From NCBI GenBank assembly GCA_043228905.1, contig JBHGNT010000013.1, positions 8,370,001-8,434,000 of the forward strand: a stretch of 64,000 nucleotides of DNA, written 5' to 3'. Shown here one piece after another: positions 25,890 through 39,500 of the stretch (positions are counted from its first letter, which is position 1; each line of letters starts with the position of its first letter). The translations under genes and the position numbers were made by a program. The notes under the pieces were generated by a model that did not search any database, had not been told where the DNA came from, and saw only the letters and a program-made list of their open reading frames with translations. Origin of the DNA: Azolla caroliniana (Eukaryota > Plantae > Polypodiophyta).

Positions 25890-27018
25890 TGTAGCCAGAT
25901 CGCTTATTAGAGATATGATCTAATGTAAGCGTATGATAAGGAGAAAAGAATGATAGATAGATAGATAGAAAGGAGAGAGAGAAAGAAGGGTGCCGATCCA
26001 CCCGAGCGAAGGGATCGAGACGGACTCGAGCCTCGATCAGCGTCCCATACCACCGCCGTGGCGTCGAGTTGTACTTGGTGCTGGCCCTCGCTACAAGAGT
26101 TGAACCACCACGAAACAGAGTCTCGACATAGTCAAAATATGATGGAATGAGGGTAGCTAGGCCTCTTATTTATAGCGATACCCAAGGCCCCCAGGCAAGT
26201 TCACACTTGGCCTAATGGGTTGTCTCAATCCCGAGGATTAAAAGTAATCCTCCCATTCTTTACACTCTCGTTTAACCCTCACACTTATCCACATGTATAG
26301 AATACTACGGTAAATTATCACCACGGAATATTATATGGTCATGCCCGTAACATACTCCCCCTCTTTAAAACATTGCACTCTGGCAATGGAAAGTTAAGGA
26401 AGTTAGTTTTGAGAGTATTTTCGCGTTCCCATGTGACATCTTTTATTGATTTATACATCCATTTTATTTTAAATTCTCGGATTTCTATAGTATGTAATTT
26501 TTTTTGTTTTAACATCAAGAATTCTTTCTGGCACATGTGGTTTAGAAGATAATTCTTCAGAAGTAAACAAAGTTTCAATTGTAACTATATTGTCGCCAGA
26601 ACCTAGAAGTTCTTTTAGACGACTCACATGAAAAACTGGATGAATTTCAACACCATCAAGAAGAGCGAGACGATAAGCTGATGACCCAATGCGTTTGAGG
26701 ATTGTAAAAGGTCCACAAAACCGTGGGGCTAACTTAGCGCACTAACCCTTAGACAATGTCTTAGAATTGTGAGGTACACATAAAAATACCTTCTGTCTAG
26801 GGTTGAATACACGAGGTTGCCTATGATGATCAACATAAAAACGCGCTCTATCTTGAGTAGTTGTTATATTATCTCGTGCAATATGCAACATATCTTGCAT
26901 ATCCCGAAGAAAGTTTTGCGTACTTCACAACTCATCATGATGTATATTAACATCAATCGGGGCTCATGGCTGAAAACCATACATCAACATAAAAGGACTA
27001 TATCCTATCGATGTATGC
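25890..27018 (-). mobile_element. 3' end of a chromovirus Gypsy element (3' LTR 25890-26352, PPT, chromodomain, integrase C-terminus); duplicated copy
   Basis: TG..CA LTR with adjacent PPT AAAGAGGGGGAG. ORF 26339-26578 contains chromodomain-like EFKIKW..KDVTWERE. Confidence 0.8.
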
Positions 27019-27087
27019 ATTAGGAGACTCAGATGCAACAACAATAACAACTGGAAGGAATAGACCCAACACAACAATAGAGGACGT

Positions 27088-28713
27088 TGTCATGAAGACA
27101 TACATTTTGGCCTTACAAAGATTCGAGCCCAAGACGTGTTCGTCTATATGTTAGACCTTTAACCATTATAATAACATATATGATGTATAATTATAATAAA
27201 TGTATTATTAGTTATTACAAGATATTTAGAGTATTCTACAACATTCTAGGATATTCCATGATTATATTAAATATCATACATATCTAAAATATTCTAGAAC
27301 ATTCTAGAATACTCCATAAGGACCTATAAATAGGTGTCTATTCATTTATCACAACTCATTTAGTTCAACACCAGTTTGTAGCCCCTTAGCCTACTCTTTG
27401 TAATCCTTGCTCTCTTATAATATAACCTCTCTTTCCATTTCTAGTGTTCTGTGTGTGTGTGTGTGTGTGTGTGTGTACGTTCTAAAGTCATCTTATCTTT
27501 CTCTCTCCTATTCTCAAGTCTCGATAGTTTGAACCGAATATCTCTCTTTTCTTCTTCTTATATTAACCTTATTCAAGAAAATCTAGCAATTTTCTCTCAT
27601 AACTATGGAGTCCGTCAGCAAGCAAGAATATATGTGTGTTCTCTCCGAGCTCGACATGCTAACAACCAAATTTGTGGCACTGGAGCATGAAAATCAAAGA
27701 TTTTTGGGAGACCTACAACAAGTAAGTGTTGAGAAAGTACAACAGTATGAAGAATTATCTCAACAGGTGCATCAATTAGAGACTACTCTATTGCAACGAC
27801 AAGCGGCGGAAGTTCAAACCTTGCCGAAGGAACCCAAGATTAGTCTGCCCGCCAAGTTTGATGGTACAAGGTCTCAATTTTGTGGATTTTTAAATCAGGT
27901 ATGGTTTGTGATTAAATTGCATCCTAGCCGTTATCCAACTAATGTTGCTCATGTGGGACTAGTTGCTACCTTGTTAACGGGTACCGCATTTGCGTGGTTT
28001 GCACCACTCTGAGAGAAGCACTCACCATTATTAAAAGATTTTGAAGGGTTTATTAATGAGTTCCAAGCCAAATTTGGAGACACCGATAGTATGAGGACAG
28101 TAATAATCAAAATTCGATGATTACGACAAGGAGATCGTCGTGCTTCCGCTTATGCTGCAGATTTTCGCCTTCTAGCATTGATATTCCATGGGACGAGGCA
28201 GCGTTAATGGATCAATTTCGTCAAGGTCTGCGCAATGATGTGAAGGATTTACTTCTTACCTTCCATGATGATCCAAAATCTCTTACTGAAGTAGTAAGTC
28301 GGGTCGTGCAATGTGACAATCGCTTATTTGAGCCCCATTTTGAGCGCCAACAAATGTTACGCTTCTGATCAACAGAAACATATGCTTCGGTGGTCGCAAC
28401 TCCACCCCAAGTATCAAAGTCAAGTGTGGTGGAAGGCCCTACTCCACAATGGAAATCGAGACAACATGACATTGAGGACCATTATCGGATGCTGAAAGCA
28501 ACGACGACGAGCGAATTGTGTATGCCTCTATTGTGGTGGTCCTGGGCATACTGTTGTGACTTGTCCACATAAACCACGACGACAAGTTAACCAAGTGCTC
28601 ATGACAATTCCAGCTCAATTTTTGCTCCGCCTTCTCGTAACCCAAGTAGGCCTAGTAGTCCCATAGTCGAGACTTGAGAATAGGAGAGAGAAAGATAAGA
28701 TGACGATAGAAGG

Positions 28714-28755
<42 letters not shown>

Positions 28756-30099
28756 ACTAGAAATAGAAAGAGAGTTTATAATATAAGAGAGCAAGGATTA
28801 CAAAGAGTAGGCTAAGGGGCTACAAATTGGTGTTGAACCAAATGAGTTGTGATGAATGAATAGACACCTATTTATAGGTCCTTATGGGGTATTCTACATA
28901 TCACATATGGGCCAAAACGTTGATAATCCAATTTGCAGCAAAGTCGGGTTGTTTTAATGCGACCTTGTAAAAGCCATACTTGATCTACCACTTGAAATGT
29001 AGTTGATGAATCGCGTCGATGACGATCGGCAACCTTCTGTTGAGTGTTTTGAGCATCACATAAATGGTGCAAAAAGATATCTTGAACTTCTTGGAGTCGG
29101 ATGAGCCGATCTTCAGCATTCGGGTTTGTCGAGAGTTCGGGATGTTCAAGCATAGTCCAACGAGGATGGTACCCAATGTTTGCAGAAAATGGGGAATATC
29201 CAGTAAAAGAATGTTCTAAGTTGTTGTAAGCAAATTCTGCCAAATGTAATAGATCAACCCAATCATCTTGTTGATAGTTGACAAAACAACGAAGATATTG
29301 TTCTACTGTTTGGTTGGTGCACTCACTCTGTCCGTTACTTTCTAGATGGTAGCCGGAAGAGAGTTTGCAAGAAGTATGTAAGAATTTGAACATGTGTTGT
29401 CAAAATTTTGAGATGAACTAGGGACCCCGATCACTGATAATATCATCAGGAAGACCATGATGCTGAAACACCTTTTGTATGAGTAACTACTCGGTTGTCT
29501 CTTGGCTCGTAATGGCCTTTGTGCAGGGAAGAAAATGGGTCATCTTGGTAGAAAGATGTACTACCGTGAGAATAGAATCAAAACCCTTGGAAGGTGGTAG
29601 ATCCATAATGAAGTCCAATGAAATAGATTTCCATGGACTCTCAGGAATAGGCATTGGCTGTAATAAGCCATATGGATGATGTCGAGGTTTTTTGGATCGG
29701 CAACATGTATCACAACTACAAACATAATCCGTAACAAAATGGGGAAGTCGTGGCCACCAATACCTTCGAGAAATTAACGCCAAAGTCTTGTGGATGCCGA
29801 AATGTCCAGCCATTGGTGTGTCATGACATTGTTGCAAGACTTCGAGTCGAGAATGACCATCAAGCACATATAAGAGATTTTGTCGAAAAAGTAAACCATC
29901 ATGCCAATTGAACTGGTTGTAGTCTTGATGAGGATTTTGAGATTGTGAACAAGAAGCATGATCTGGGATAATATGGTTCAGAATGTCTTGGGTGAATTCA
30001 TCAGTCTCAATATGCTCCCGAATGGAGTCCAGAAGACTTGAATCCCTGGGTGTGTCTATAGCATGAAATGCCATTAGTCGTAGACGGTTAGGACCCAAG
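27088..30099. mobile_element. Rearranged Tcn1-like Gypsy element: 5' LTR 27088-27526 and gag 27605-28640 on +; partial LTR 28666-28896 and integrase 28897-30099 inverted on -
   Basis: Gag reads PKISLPAKFDG.. with knuckle CLYCGGPGH..C. 28666-28896 is the reverse complement of ~27303-27525. Integrase motifs AGHFG..CDTC, SLDFI and RFGPY lie on the minus strand. Confidence 0.8.
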
Positions 30100-30396
30100 A
30101 GGATTCAAGGTTTACGTAACTATAATGTACACTCTTTGATATGGGAAAAAAATTCCAAAAGAAAGAAGAGGACAAGGAGGGGTGGCATGTTTGATTAAAA
30201 AAGAAATAGAGAAATATGTGTCAATCGTAAAAAATGATGAGTATAATTGCTACATATAGCTCAAAATAGAAACACCTAATGATTTCCCCACTTTTGTAGC
30301 TGGATGTTACATTCCTCATCAAGATTCTAACTTTTATGCTTGTTTGGATAAAGATGAACCTTTTGTTGATGGAATAAAGATGAACCTTTCAGTCGG

Positions 30397-32571
30397 TGTA
30401 GCCAGATCGCTTATTAGAGATATGATCTAATGTAAGCGTATGATAAGGAGAAAAGAATGATAGATAGATAGATAGAAAGGAGAGAGAGAAAGAAGGGTGC
30501 CGATCCACCCGAGCGAAGGGATCGAGACGGACTCGAGCCTCGATCACCGTCCCATACACCGCCGTGGCGTCGAGTTGTACTTGGTGCTGGCCCTCGCTAC
30601 AAGAGTTGAACCACCACGAAACAGAGTCTCGACATAGTCAAAATATGATGGAATGAGGGTAGCTAGGCCTCTTATTTATAGCGATACCCAAGGCCCCCAG
30701 GCAAGTTCACACTTGGCCTAATGGGTTGTCTCAATCCCGAGGATTAAAAGTAATCCTCCCATTCTTTACACTCTCGTTTAACCCTCACACTTATCCACAT
30801 GTATAGAATACTACGGTAAATTATCACCACGGAATATTATATGGTCATGCCCGTAACATACTCCCCCTCTTTAAAACATTGCACTCTAGCAATGGAAAGT
30901 TAAGGAAGTTAGTTCTGAGAGTATTTTCGCGTTCCCATGTGGCATCTTTTATTGATTTATACATCCATTTTATTTTAAATTCTAGGATTTCTATAGTATG
31001 TAATTTTTTTTGTTTTAACATCGAGAATTCTTTCTGGTACATGTGGTTTAGAAGATAATTCTTTAGAAGTAAACAGAGTTTCAGTTGTAACTATATTGTC
31101 GCCAGAACCTAGAAGTTCTTTTAGACGACTCACATGAAAAACTGGATGAATTTCAACACCATCAAGAAGAGCGAGACGATAAGCTGATGACCCAATGCGT
31201 TTGAGGACTGTAAAAGGTCCACAAAACCGTGGGGCTAACTTAGCGCACTAACCCTTAGACAATGTCTTAGAATTGTGAGGTACACGTAAAAATACCTTCT
31301 GTCTAGGGTTGAATACACGAGGTTGCCTATGATGATCGGCATAAAAACGCGCTCTATCTTGAGTAGTTGTTATATTATCTCGTGCAATATGCAACATATC
31401 TTGCATATCCCGAAGAAAGTTTTGCGTACTTTGCAACTCATCATGATGTATATTAACATCAATCGGGGCTCATGGTTGAAAACCATACATCAACATAAAA
31501 GGACTATATCCTATCGATGTATGCTTGGAGCTGTTATAAGCAAACTCCAAAATTGGGAGATAACGTTCCCATCTTGTTGGTTTTGTACCAACGTATGCTC
31601 GAAGCATGTCCTCAATAATTTGATTTATTTGTTCTGTTTGTCCATCACATTGAGGATGATCTGTGGAGCTCATGCTCAATGTAGTTTCTAACTTCTTAAC
31701 GACTTGCGTCCAGAAGTCACTGGTAAATTTTGGATCTCGATCACTCACAATATTCATCGGTAACCCAATTTAGAAGTTGTTACCGTGGTTTTAGTAGCAA
31801 TAAATCTAGCCATTTTAGTTAGTCTGTCAACCACAACCTAGATGGCATCATGGCCTTTTTGGGTGTGAGGAAGGCTAACAATAAAATCCATGGATATACT
31901 TTCCCACTTATTATTGGGAATGTCCAAGGGATGTAAAAGTCCTGCGGCCTTAAGTCGCTCGGCTTTGTTAACCTGACATTGGTGACATTTCGTCACATAA
32001 CTATGTATGTCAGGACACATCTTACGCCAATAAAATTGAGTGGAGATGAGAACGAGTGTACGATGTATTCCAGGGTGCCCCGTAGAGGGTGCATCATGAC
32101 ATTCAAAAAGAATTCTCTTTTAGACGTCAGGCAAATCTGGAACACAGACCTTCCCATTACGGTAGAGCAGACCGTTACCAATGTGGAAGTATTCCTTCGA
32201 GGATGTGGTGGTGTCTGTTCCAGACTCAACTCTTGCCTAGTATTTCGCAAAATAATTGTCATTAGGATACTTTCCTCGAAGGTGATCATAAAGATCTGAT
32301 GTTATTTCAGTGAAGCTAAGTATGTTAACTTCACGGATGTGACTTAGTGCATCAACAACAGTGTTCATGGAACCTTTATGATATCGTATGGAAAAATCAA
32401 AGTCCTAGATGAGATCAGCCAATTGTGCCTTACGACCTTTCAGGTCTTGTTGGTCACAAAAATATTTCAAGGACTCGTGGTTCGTAGTTACCACAAAACG
32501 ATTTCCATAAAGATAATGGCCCCATGTTTTGAGCGCATGTATAACTCCAAATAACTCCTTTTCTTAAACGA
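30397..32571 (-). mobile_element. Chromovirus Gypsy 3' half (LTR 30397-30858, chromodomain, integrase, RNase H) interrupted by Gypsy 2
   Basis: ORFs 30845-31042 (chromodomain), 31470-31757 and 31838-32020 (integrase: IVSDRDPKFTS, WESISMDFI). RNase H-like EKELFGVIHALKTW lies near 32560. Confidence 0.85.
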
Positions 32572-33455
32572 TGTCATGATGTGGTGTGCTCGAGAGTGGG
32601 AAAAACCGGCGAAAGGTGGGGGGTCAAAAATGTGCATGTGCAATGTGTGTGCACACAAAAGCGATTAATTGTGCATATGAAAAATAAAAAAAGAAAACAA
32701 AGGGTGGAAAGGAGGTATAGAAGCTCGTGCAAAAAGTAAGAGAGAGGAGAGACAAAAGGTAGAGGGGAGACAACCTATGAATTGATAGAGATAGAATTAT
32801 ATATTACACAAGAGAGAGTTAATGGTCTAGTGGATAGTCACATTCACTTCTAGCTAGAGGTGCACGGTTCAAATTTAGTCTTATAATGCAGCGTGATTTT
32901 AGGAGTTTTATTCCTTTTTCATTGAAGACAAAATTGGCGACCCCCCTTCCTTTTTTCCTATAAAAGGAGGTCGGGGGGGGCTCATTCAGGAGGACCTTTT
33001 GGGAGGAGGAGACTATCGCCAATTTTCCTTCGAAGCTCCTCATCTTTTTATTCACCACTTCTCTTCATCTCACACCCCTTAATCCCCCCATCGCCACGTG
33101 CTCGTCTTCTTCGCGTCGGCACTCGAAGTGCTCGTGAGCCCAAGCTTCGTTGGTTCGACGTTGCTCCGCCCCGTTCGTCGTTGCGAGCCCGTGTGCTCGC
33201 CATTCGGGAGGTCGTGGTTCGTTGGGATTGGCATTTTGGTGGTACTCATGTGTTCATCTTTGTCGTGTTCAGATTTGCTTTTGTCTCTAAGGGCATTTAA
33301 TATTTATGTTTTGATTGAGCTTGTGGTTAACTATAAGTTGCCATTGTAAACAAAACCCTATTTTATAAAGGGTCCTCTTGCGTTGGAATCAAACACATAT
33401 TTATCTCTTTGGTTGATATCATTCATGTTTCTTTCTCTCCTTCTTTCTTTATTCA

Positions 33456-34090
33456 TGTCTTCCTTGTACGTTTGGCCGTCTTGTGACGAGGGAGCGTTTC
33501 GGGCGTGCCCATGCACCTCTCCTCCTCATAAAGACGTACGAGCATTTGTGCGTGTGTTTGTGTCTTCCGTGTACGTTCGACCGTCTTGTGACGAGGGGAC
33601 CGTTCGGGCTTGCCCATGCACCTCTCCTCCTCATAAAGGCGTACGAGCATTTGTGCGTGTGTTTGTGTCTTCCGTGTACGTTCGGCCATCTTGTGACAAG
33701 GGGACCATTCGGGCTTGCCCATGCACCTCTCCTCCTCATAAAGGCGTACGAGCATTTGTGCGTGTGTTTGTGTCTTCCTTGTACGTTCGGCCGTCTTCTG
33801 ACGAGGGGACCGTTCGGGCTTGCCCATGCGCCTCTCCTCCTCATAATGGCGTACGAGCATTTGTGTGTGTGTTTGTGTCTTCCTTGTACGTTCGGTTGTC
33901 TTGTGACGAGGGGGCGTTTCGGGCGTGCCCATGCACCTCTCCTCCTCATAAAGGCATACGAGCATTTTGTGCGTGTGTTTGTGTGTTCCTTGTACGTTCG
34001 GTCGTCTTGTGATGAGGGAGCGTTTGGGCTTGCCCTTGTACCTCTCCTTCTCATAAAGACGTACGGACATTCGATGTTTGTGTTATCGTC
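33456..34090. repeat. 105-bp tandem array (~6 copies) inside the Gypsy 2 5' LTR
   Basis: Units starting TGTCTTCC(G/T)TGTACGTT at 33456, 33561, 33666, 33771, 33876 and ~33982. Confidence 0.93.
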
Positions 34091-36518
34091 CCCTTGTGCG
34101 TTCATGTTGTGTGCTCATCTTGCTTGTACCTGTTTGGTCACTTGGACCGTGCGGTGATCTCGAAAGGTCGACGAGTCGTGATCAACGAGAGCCACCGGCC
34201 TCACAAAACAAAGGGCAACTAGACCTTGCTCGGGAAGGGGTCGGGAAGTAGTATTGTCGTAAAGCAAACCTCGGGTCTTCTCTATCCCTTGAGTACTCCC
34301 TAGTCCAAGACCCCTGTGGTCCTGCCCATGTAACACACGTGCGCGAAACTTCGCGACATAAATTGGTGAACCCGACATGAAAGGGTGGCAAGGGAGAACC
34401 AAGATGCGAGGAGGAGAACTCGTTGAAGCGATGGCGGTGGCGGTGGACAACTTGGTAAATGCCCGAGAAGGCATTGCCGGCCTAGACCGGGCCATAGAGA
34501 CGGTGGTCAGCCCAACGGGTTAGTTCAATGGAAGAGATATGACGAGCTACTTGGATGCCTATAAGGCCGAAATGCTTATGCGAAACGTCCCCGAAGATAG
34601 GCAGCCAACCGGATTCGCTAGAGTGGTAACACCGAGTATCCACGCGGAGGTACTCGAGATCCAAGCGGACTGTTGCAATTGGGTGGAGTTCGAAGAAAGA
34701 CTCCTCGAGAATTTTGAAAAGGGAGCTAATGGAGTGGGTTGAGCTTCCTGGCAAGGGGAGAAATACTGTGGTACTTTTACAAGAATTTGAGAAGCGCTTC
34801 GCGCGACTCTCGACACTCGATGGGATGGTGCTTGACACAAGCACGGTCCTACTATTCATAAAGACTGTTGATGCACGAGACCGAGAGAAGGTGGGGTCCC
34901 TCCTCGAAACTGATGATGGGCTCACGACGGATTGGGGTATGGTAAAACGGGTTTGTAGCCACTTCGATAAGAGAAGGGAATGGAGTGACGGGTCTCCGTT
35001 GAGGGGTCAAACATCCACATGCTCCATTAGTGAGACACACGAACCCAAGGGTGGAAGAATACCTCAAGAAAGAGAGAAAGCTAATGCAAGGTTCATCCCC
35101 GAGAGAAACGTGATTGAAGCACCGTCGGGAGGGTCGGCAATAGACGAGCTCACAAAGATGGTGCGAGATCTCCAAATAGCGCAAGCTAGGAGAGAGAGTG
35201 GTGGCCCTCAAGATCGACATCCCCCGTTCGCGCAAAGATGTATGTGGTGCGACAACCCCGACCACCTACGAAGGGAGTTTGGAGACTTTCAAGAGGCCCT
35301 AAGAAAGGATATTGTCTATCTTTGGAACAATAGGGTCTATTCGACGGAGACAAGGTGCCCCTTGGGATTGAATCAAGGCCGAGGGGGCATGAGAAGGCAA
35401 ATGGAGGAGGCCGAAGCATGACATGTTGAAGCCATCGACTACTCGGCGTCGGCTGGGATCCGAGTGGGGAAAGAGGTGAGGAGGCAAGAGGAGAAAGAGT
35501 TTGACTTTTGGCCGTGAATCCTTGGAAGCCTCTCTAAGGGGAAGTTCAAAAGAGAAGAAGCGGACAAAGCGGAAAGAAGGGTCCAAGAAGCAACTGGGTG
35601 GAAGGATCCGGTGGAAGAAAAAACAGGCTTAGTGGAAGCCGCTTGCCAAAACTACGAAGTAATGGTAGAAGAGAAGAAGGTAGGAAATGACAAGGGAGCC
35701 GTTCCATCAAGGACATACGACGCTCGAGGTGCACAAAGAAGGGAAGAGCCGAACCAGTCTCAAGCATGCGATGAAAGATGGAAAGAGAAGGGGAACCCCC
35801 CCAACTTCAAGCTTTGCTCGGAGATTGAACAAGCAACGAACTTGAAGAAGGTGGTGGAGGAGAGGATCCTCGATAGTCGCGTAGAGTTTACTCTGCGAGA
35901 GGTTCTCGAAATTGCCAAGAAAGAATTCCACGAGGTCATCATTGACCTAATGAAGAGGAAGCGGCTCTCGATGGAGCAAGAAGTGGCAAAACCTGCGATT
36001 GTAAATGCATTGTCAACTGAGGTTCCCGAGGAAGACGAAGACTATGCGGACAGTCACTACACGAGGCCGCATTGGGCGAGAGCGACAACGGAGACACCGG
36101 TACGGGTCAGAGATGTAAAAGAGCCGGTGGTAGCATTGATCGACCATGGCTCTGAGATCAACCTTATGTCCATGAACTTTTATAAAAAGGGAAAGTGGTC
36201 GATCAACACGAAGCACGGGTGGAAGATTAGAGCGGCAACCCGAGGAACCGAGGAGCTATACAGGGCTTGCCCGAATGTACGTGTGAAGGTGGGGGACGTA
36301 GAAATAGATCAACATTTCTTTGTTCAAGAGACGTCCTCGCACCCGGTCATCTTGGGTGAACCATACATCACGGCGGCTCGCATGGAGACGAAGGTGCTAG
36401 ACAACAGGTCGGCATATGCGAGGGTCAAGAGCTAAGATGGGAAGCATTCAGTCCAATTCCCTACAGTGAGGCCCAACCATGAGCGCAATCGAGCCTCCCT
36501 CAAAGGGGATAGCCGAGA

Positions 36519-36582
36519 GGATTTTTGATTCGGGCTATTAAAGAGTGGGGCCGCAATAGCCCGAGGCAAACTAAGACCCTAA
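36519..36582 (+). promoter_or_regulatory. Putative -1 programmed ribosomal frameshift signal of Gypsy 2 (homologue in Gypsy 3 at 43120-43184, minus strand)
   Basis: GGATTTT at the ORF1 end, then a 10-bp stem TCGGGCTATT/AATAGCCCGA. ORF2 is in the -1 frame. Confidence 0.7.
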
Positions 36583-39500
36583 ACCCTTGTAAAACTATTA
36601 AATGTAATAGGAAACAATTTTGGTTCTCCGAAAATGGAGTTTGTAAAATTACTAGTTTAAGTGATAGAGATAAGTCTAGGGCCAAGAGATACGAAAGGTA
36701 TCTCAAACAATGTAATTTATTTGGGGAAGATGACACCATAAGCGGCGCCATGGAGGCGGTCTCGGTCGACAACACTCTCAGAGAGATGGAGAGGGTAGTC
36801 GTTTCGAGCCTCAATGAAGACAAGGTAATTCCAGTCAACTCAGTTGACATGTACACCGCCATTGAAGAGCTCGGGCGGTTGATTGAGGAAGCGAGGACGG
36901 TCAAGGTGCAAACAAAGTACAAGACCGTGGACAAGAAGGTGAAGCGTGTGGTTGCCCCATTGCCTAACGATAGTTGGGATTAGATAAAGGGGGTATCGGC
37001 TGATCCTAGCTTGTGGGACCCACGAGGCATAGGGCACCGATTCACCGACAAGACGTGACAAAAGCTCCGGATTGGTGGGGGTGGCTTCCTATTGCCTAGG
37101 GAGGAGGAAAGATTTAGAAGGATGATCGAAAGCCACGGAAGGGCTTTCACCTTCTCGTCAGGTGAGATAGGGTGTGTAAACCCTAAGATCGTGGAGCCAA
37201 TGGTGATCTTTACGGTGCCGCATGTACCGTGGAACATCAAGTCAATCCCCGTTCCGAGAGCTCACATCCCGAAGTTGATTGAGCTACTCAAGGAAAAGAT
37301 CGAGATGGGTATCCTCGAGCCATCAAGAGCCCCATACTCGAATCGGTGGTTCACTATGCCAAAGAAGAACGACGCATTACGCTTCATCCAGGATCTACAA
37401 CCTGTTAATCAAGTGACAATTCGAAATGCCGGGGTCAGACCGAGCATTGACAAATTCGCCGAGGCCTTCGCTGGAAGGTCTATTTATTCGATTGGTGATC
37501 TATACTCGGGGTATGATCAATTCCAACTAGCTGTGGAGAGTAAGGACATCACGACGATGCGGACCCCTATCAGCCTAGTGCGAATGTGTACCTTGCCACC
37601 AGGAGGCACTAACTCTGTAGCCCACATGGTAAATACAATCAACAAGGTATTGAGAGATTGCATTCCCGACATCACCATGTCGTTCCTCGATGACATCCCC
37701 ATAAAAGGGTGCTCTGAAGCGAAGAAAGATGAAACCTTGGACGAGGATGGGTGCAGACGTTTTGTGGCATATCACATCTCCGATTGCGAGAAGGTTCTAC
37801 AAAGACTCGAAGATGCACGCTTGACCTTCTTTGGTGAGAAATCGACATTTGTCCAACCGGAGATCCTTGTGGTGGGACACTTGTGTAGGGCGTACGGACG
37901 GAAGCCATCCCCGACAAAGGTGGATGCCATCACAGACATGAGGGAAGAATGTAAATCGCAAACAGAGGTGAGGCGATTTCTTGGTGCCAGTGCATCCTAC
38001 CACATCTAGATCCCGCACTATGCTCACCTAGCCGAGCCCTTGTATGGGCTACTCAAGAAGGGGCGGAAGTTCAAGTGGGAGGAAGAGCACACAGAGGCAA
38101 TGAAGAGGCTCAAAGGAATGTTGGTAGTGGCACCAGCTTTACGGAAAGTCGTATACAAGGAAGGGGTGCCCATCTACGTGATGGTAGATACGAGTCCAAC
38201 AGGGATCGGATGGGTCATCAACCAAGAAGGAGAGGATGGTACATGCTATGCCATCCGGTTTTGAGCCAAGGTCTTAAGCAAGCGACAATGAGGATACGCC
38301 CAAGTAAAACGTGAGCTTTGGGGTATTGTGTCCACAGTGAAGGCGGATAAAGATTACCTAATCGGGTTAGAGGGGGTAATGGAGACAGATTGCCTTCCAA
38401 TCCTAGGGATGGTTTCGGGGTGTGCAACACCTGACCTAGCTATGCTAAGATGGATTGCTTACATCAAATCAATGAACCTGGAGATTCACCACATTTCAGG
38501 GAAGAACAATGCCATGGAAGATATGCTATCGAGGGCAAGGTTCGAGGGCGAAAGAGACATGGTGTCTGAAGATGAGGATGTCGCTCTTGACTTCTTTAAG
38601 ACGGCCCAAGTGTCTATACATGATCGAGATGTGCGAGTGCTCCACACCTTCAACGAAAGTGAATACGAGGGGGAGTGGCTACACATTGGCAAGTTCTTAA
38701 GCTCAATGACGGTGGATAGTTCATGGTCGAAGGAGGAAGCACGTAGAGTCCGAAAGAAAGCGTACAAGTACTTCCTACGAGGGGGATTCCTTTGGAGGCA
38801 CCCGAAGAGAAGGACGGGGACGCCACATTGGTGTCTGAGTTCCACGAGTGGTCATAAAGGAAGAGGACTAGACAACATTGTTGTCTGAGTTCCACGAGAG
38901 TCCTTGGGCGGGCCATAGAGGAACGTGGGCAACATTTGAGAAGTTAAAGGAGAAGTATTGTTGGCTGGGAATGTACAAGGATGTCGCCCATTTTGTGGGG
39001 ACGTGTGAAAGCTGCCAGATACACTCCAACATACGCCATAGGGACGAGTTGCACCCGACTACCCACTCACCATACACTTCAAATGGATGGTGGATTTGGT
39101 TTCGATGCCGATGGGAGTGGGACCAATGAAATATTTGGTGCTAGCAAGAGAAGACCTAACAAACCAAGTAGAAGGGCGAACCTTAGCAAACAAAATGACG
39201 GCGGGGGTGTGTAAATTCTTACTTGAGGATGTCATTTGCCAGTACGGAGAGTTGAATGCTCACAAAGCTACAGAGCTCTCTCTCACAACCGCTTATAACC
39301 TGGATGCTAATGGAAAGATAGAACGCGGACATGGGCCTATCGTAAAAGCCATTGTAAGAGTTTGTGATCAGCGAGTCAGGAATTGGCCTCGGTTACTACC
39401 TTATGCCTTGTGGGCCGACAGAACAACTCATAGCTCAGTTATAGGTTTCATGCGAGCTGAACTCATGTATGGACAAAAGCCGGTGATGCCCATTGAAGAC

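Larger units (their letters stand above)
25593..31524. repeat. Direct segmental duplication of ~1.43 kb: 25593-27018 and 30100-31524
   Basis: The two segments are collinear and near-identical, and include the same LINE/LTR junction. Confidence 0.93.

Noticed and set aside
27605-28640. PEG10/RTL-like domesticated gag gene
   Set aside because: It contains stops and frameshifts and directly follows an LTR, so it is an ordinary Gypsy gag remnant.
33456-34090. CRISPR-like appearance of regular repeats (also 53097-53265 and 19814-20460)
   Set aside because: These are head-to-tail repeats without unique spacers, with no cas genes, in a eukaryotic context.
33383-34157. Four overlapping 205-224 aa repetitive ORFs
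   Set aside because: They arise from a 105-bp (multiple of 3) tandem repeat in an LTR that is open in several frames on both strands; no evidence of protein coding.
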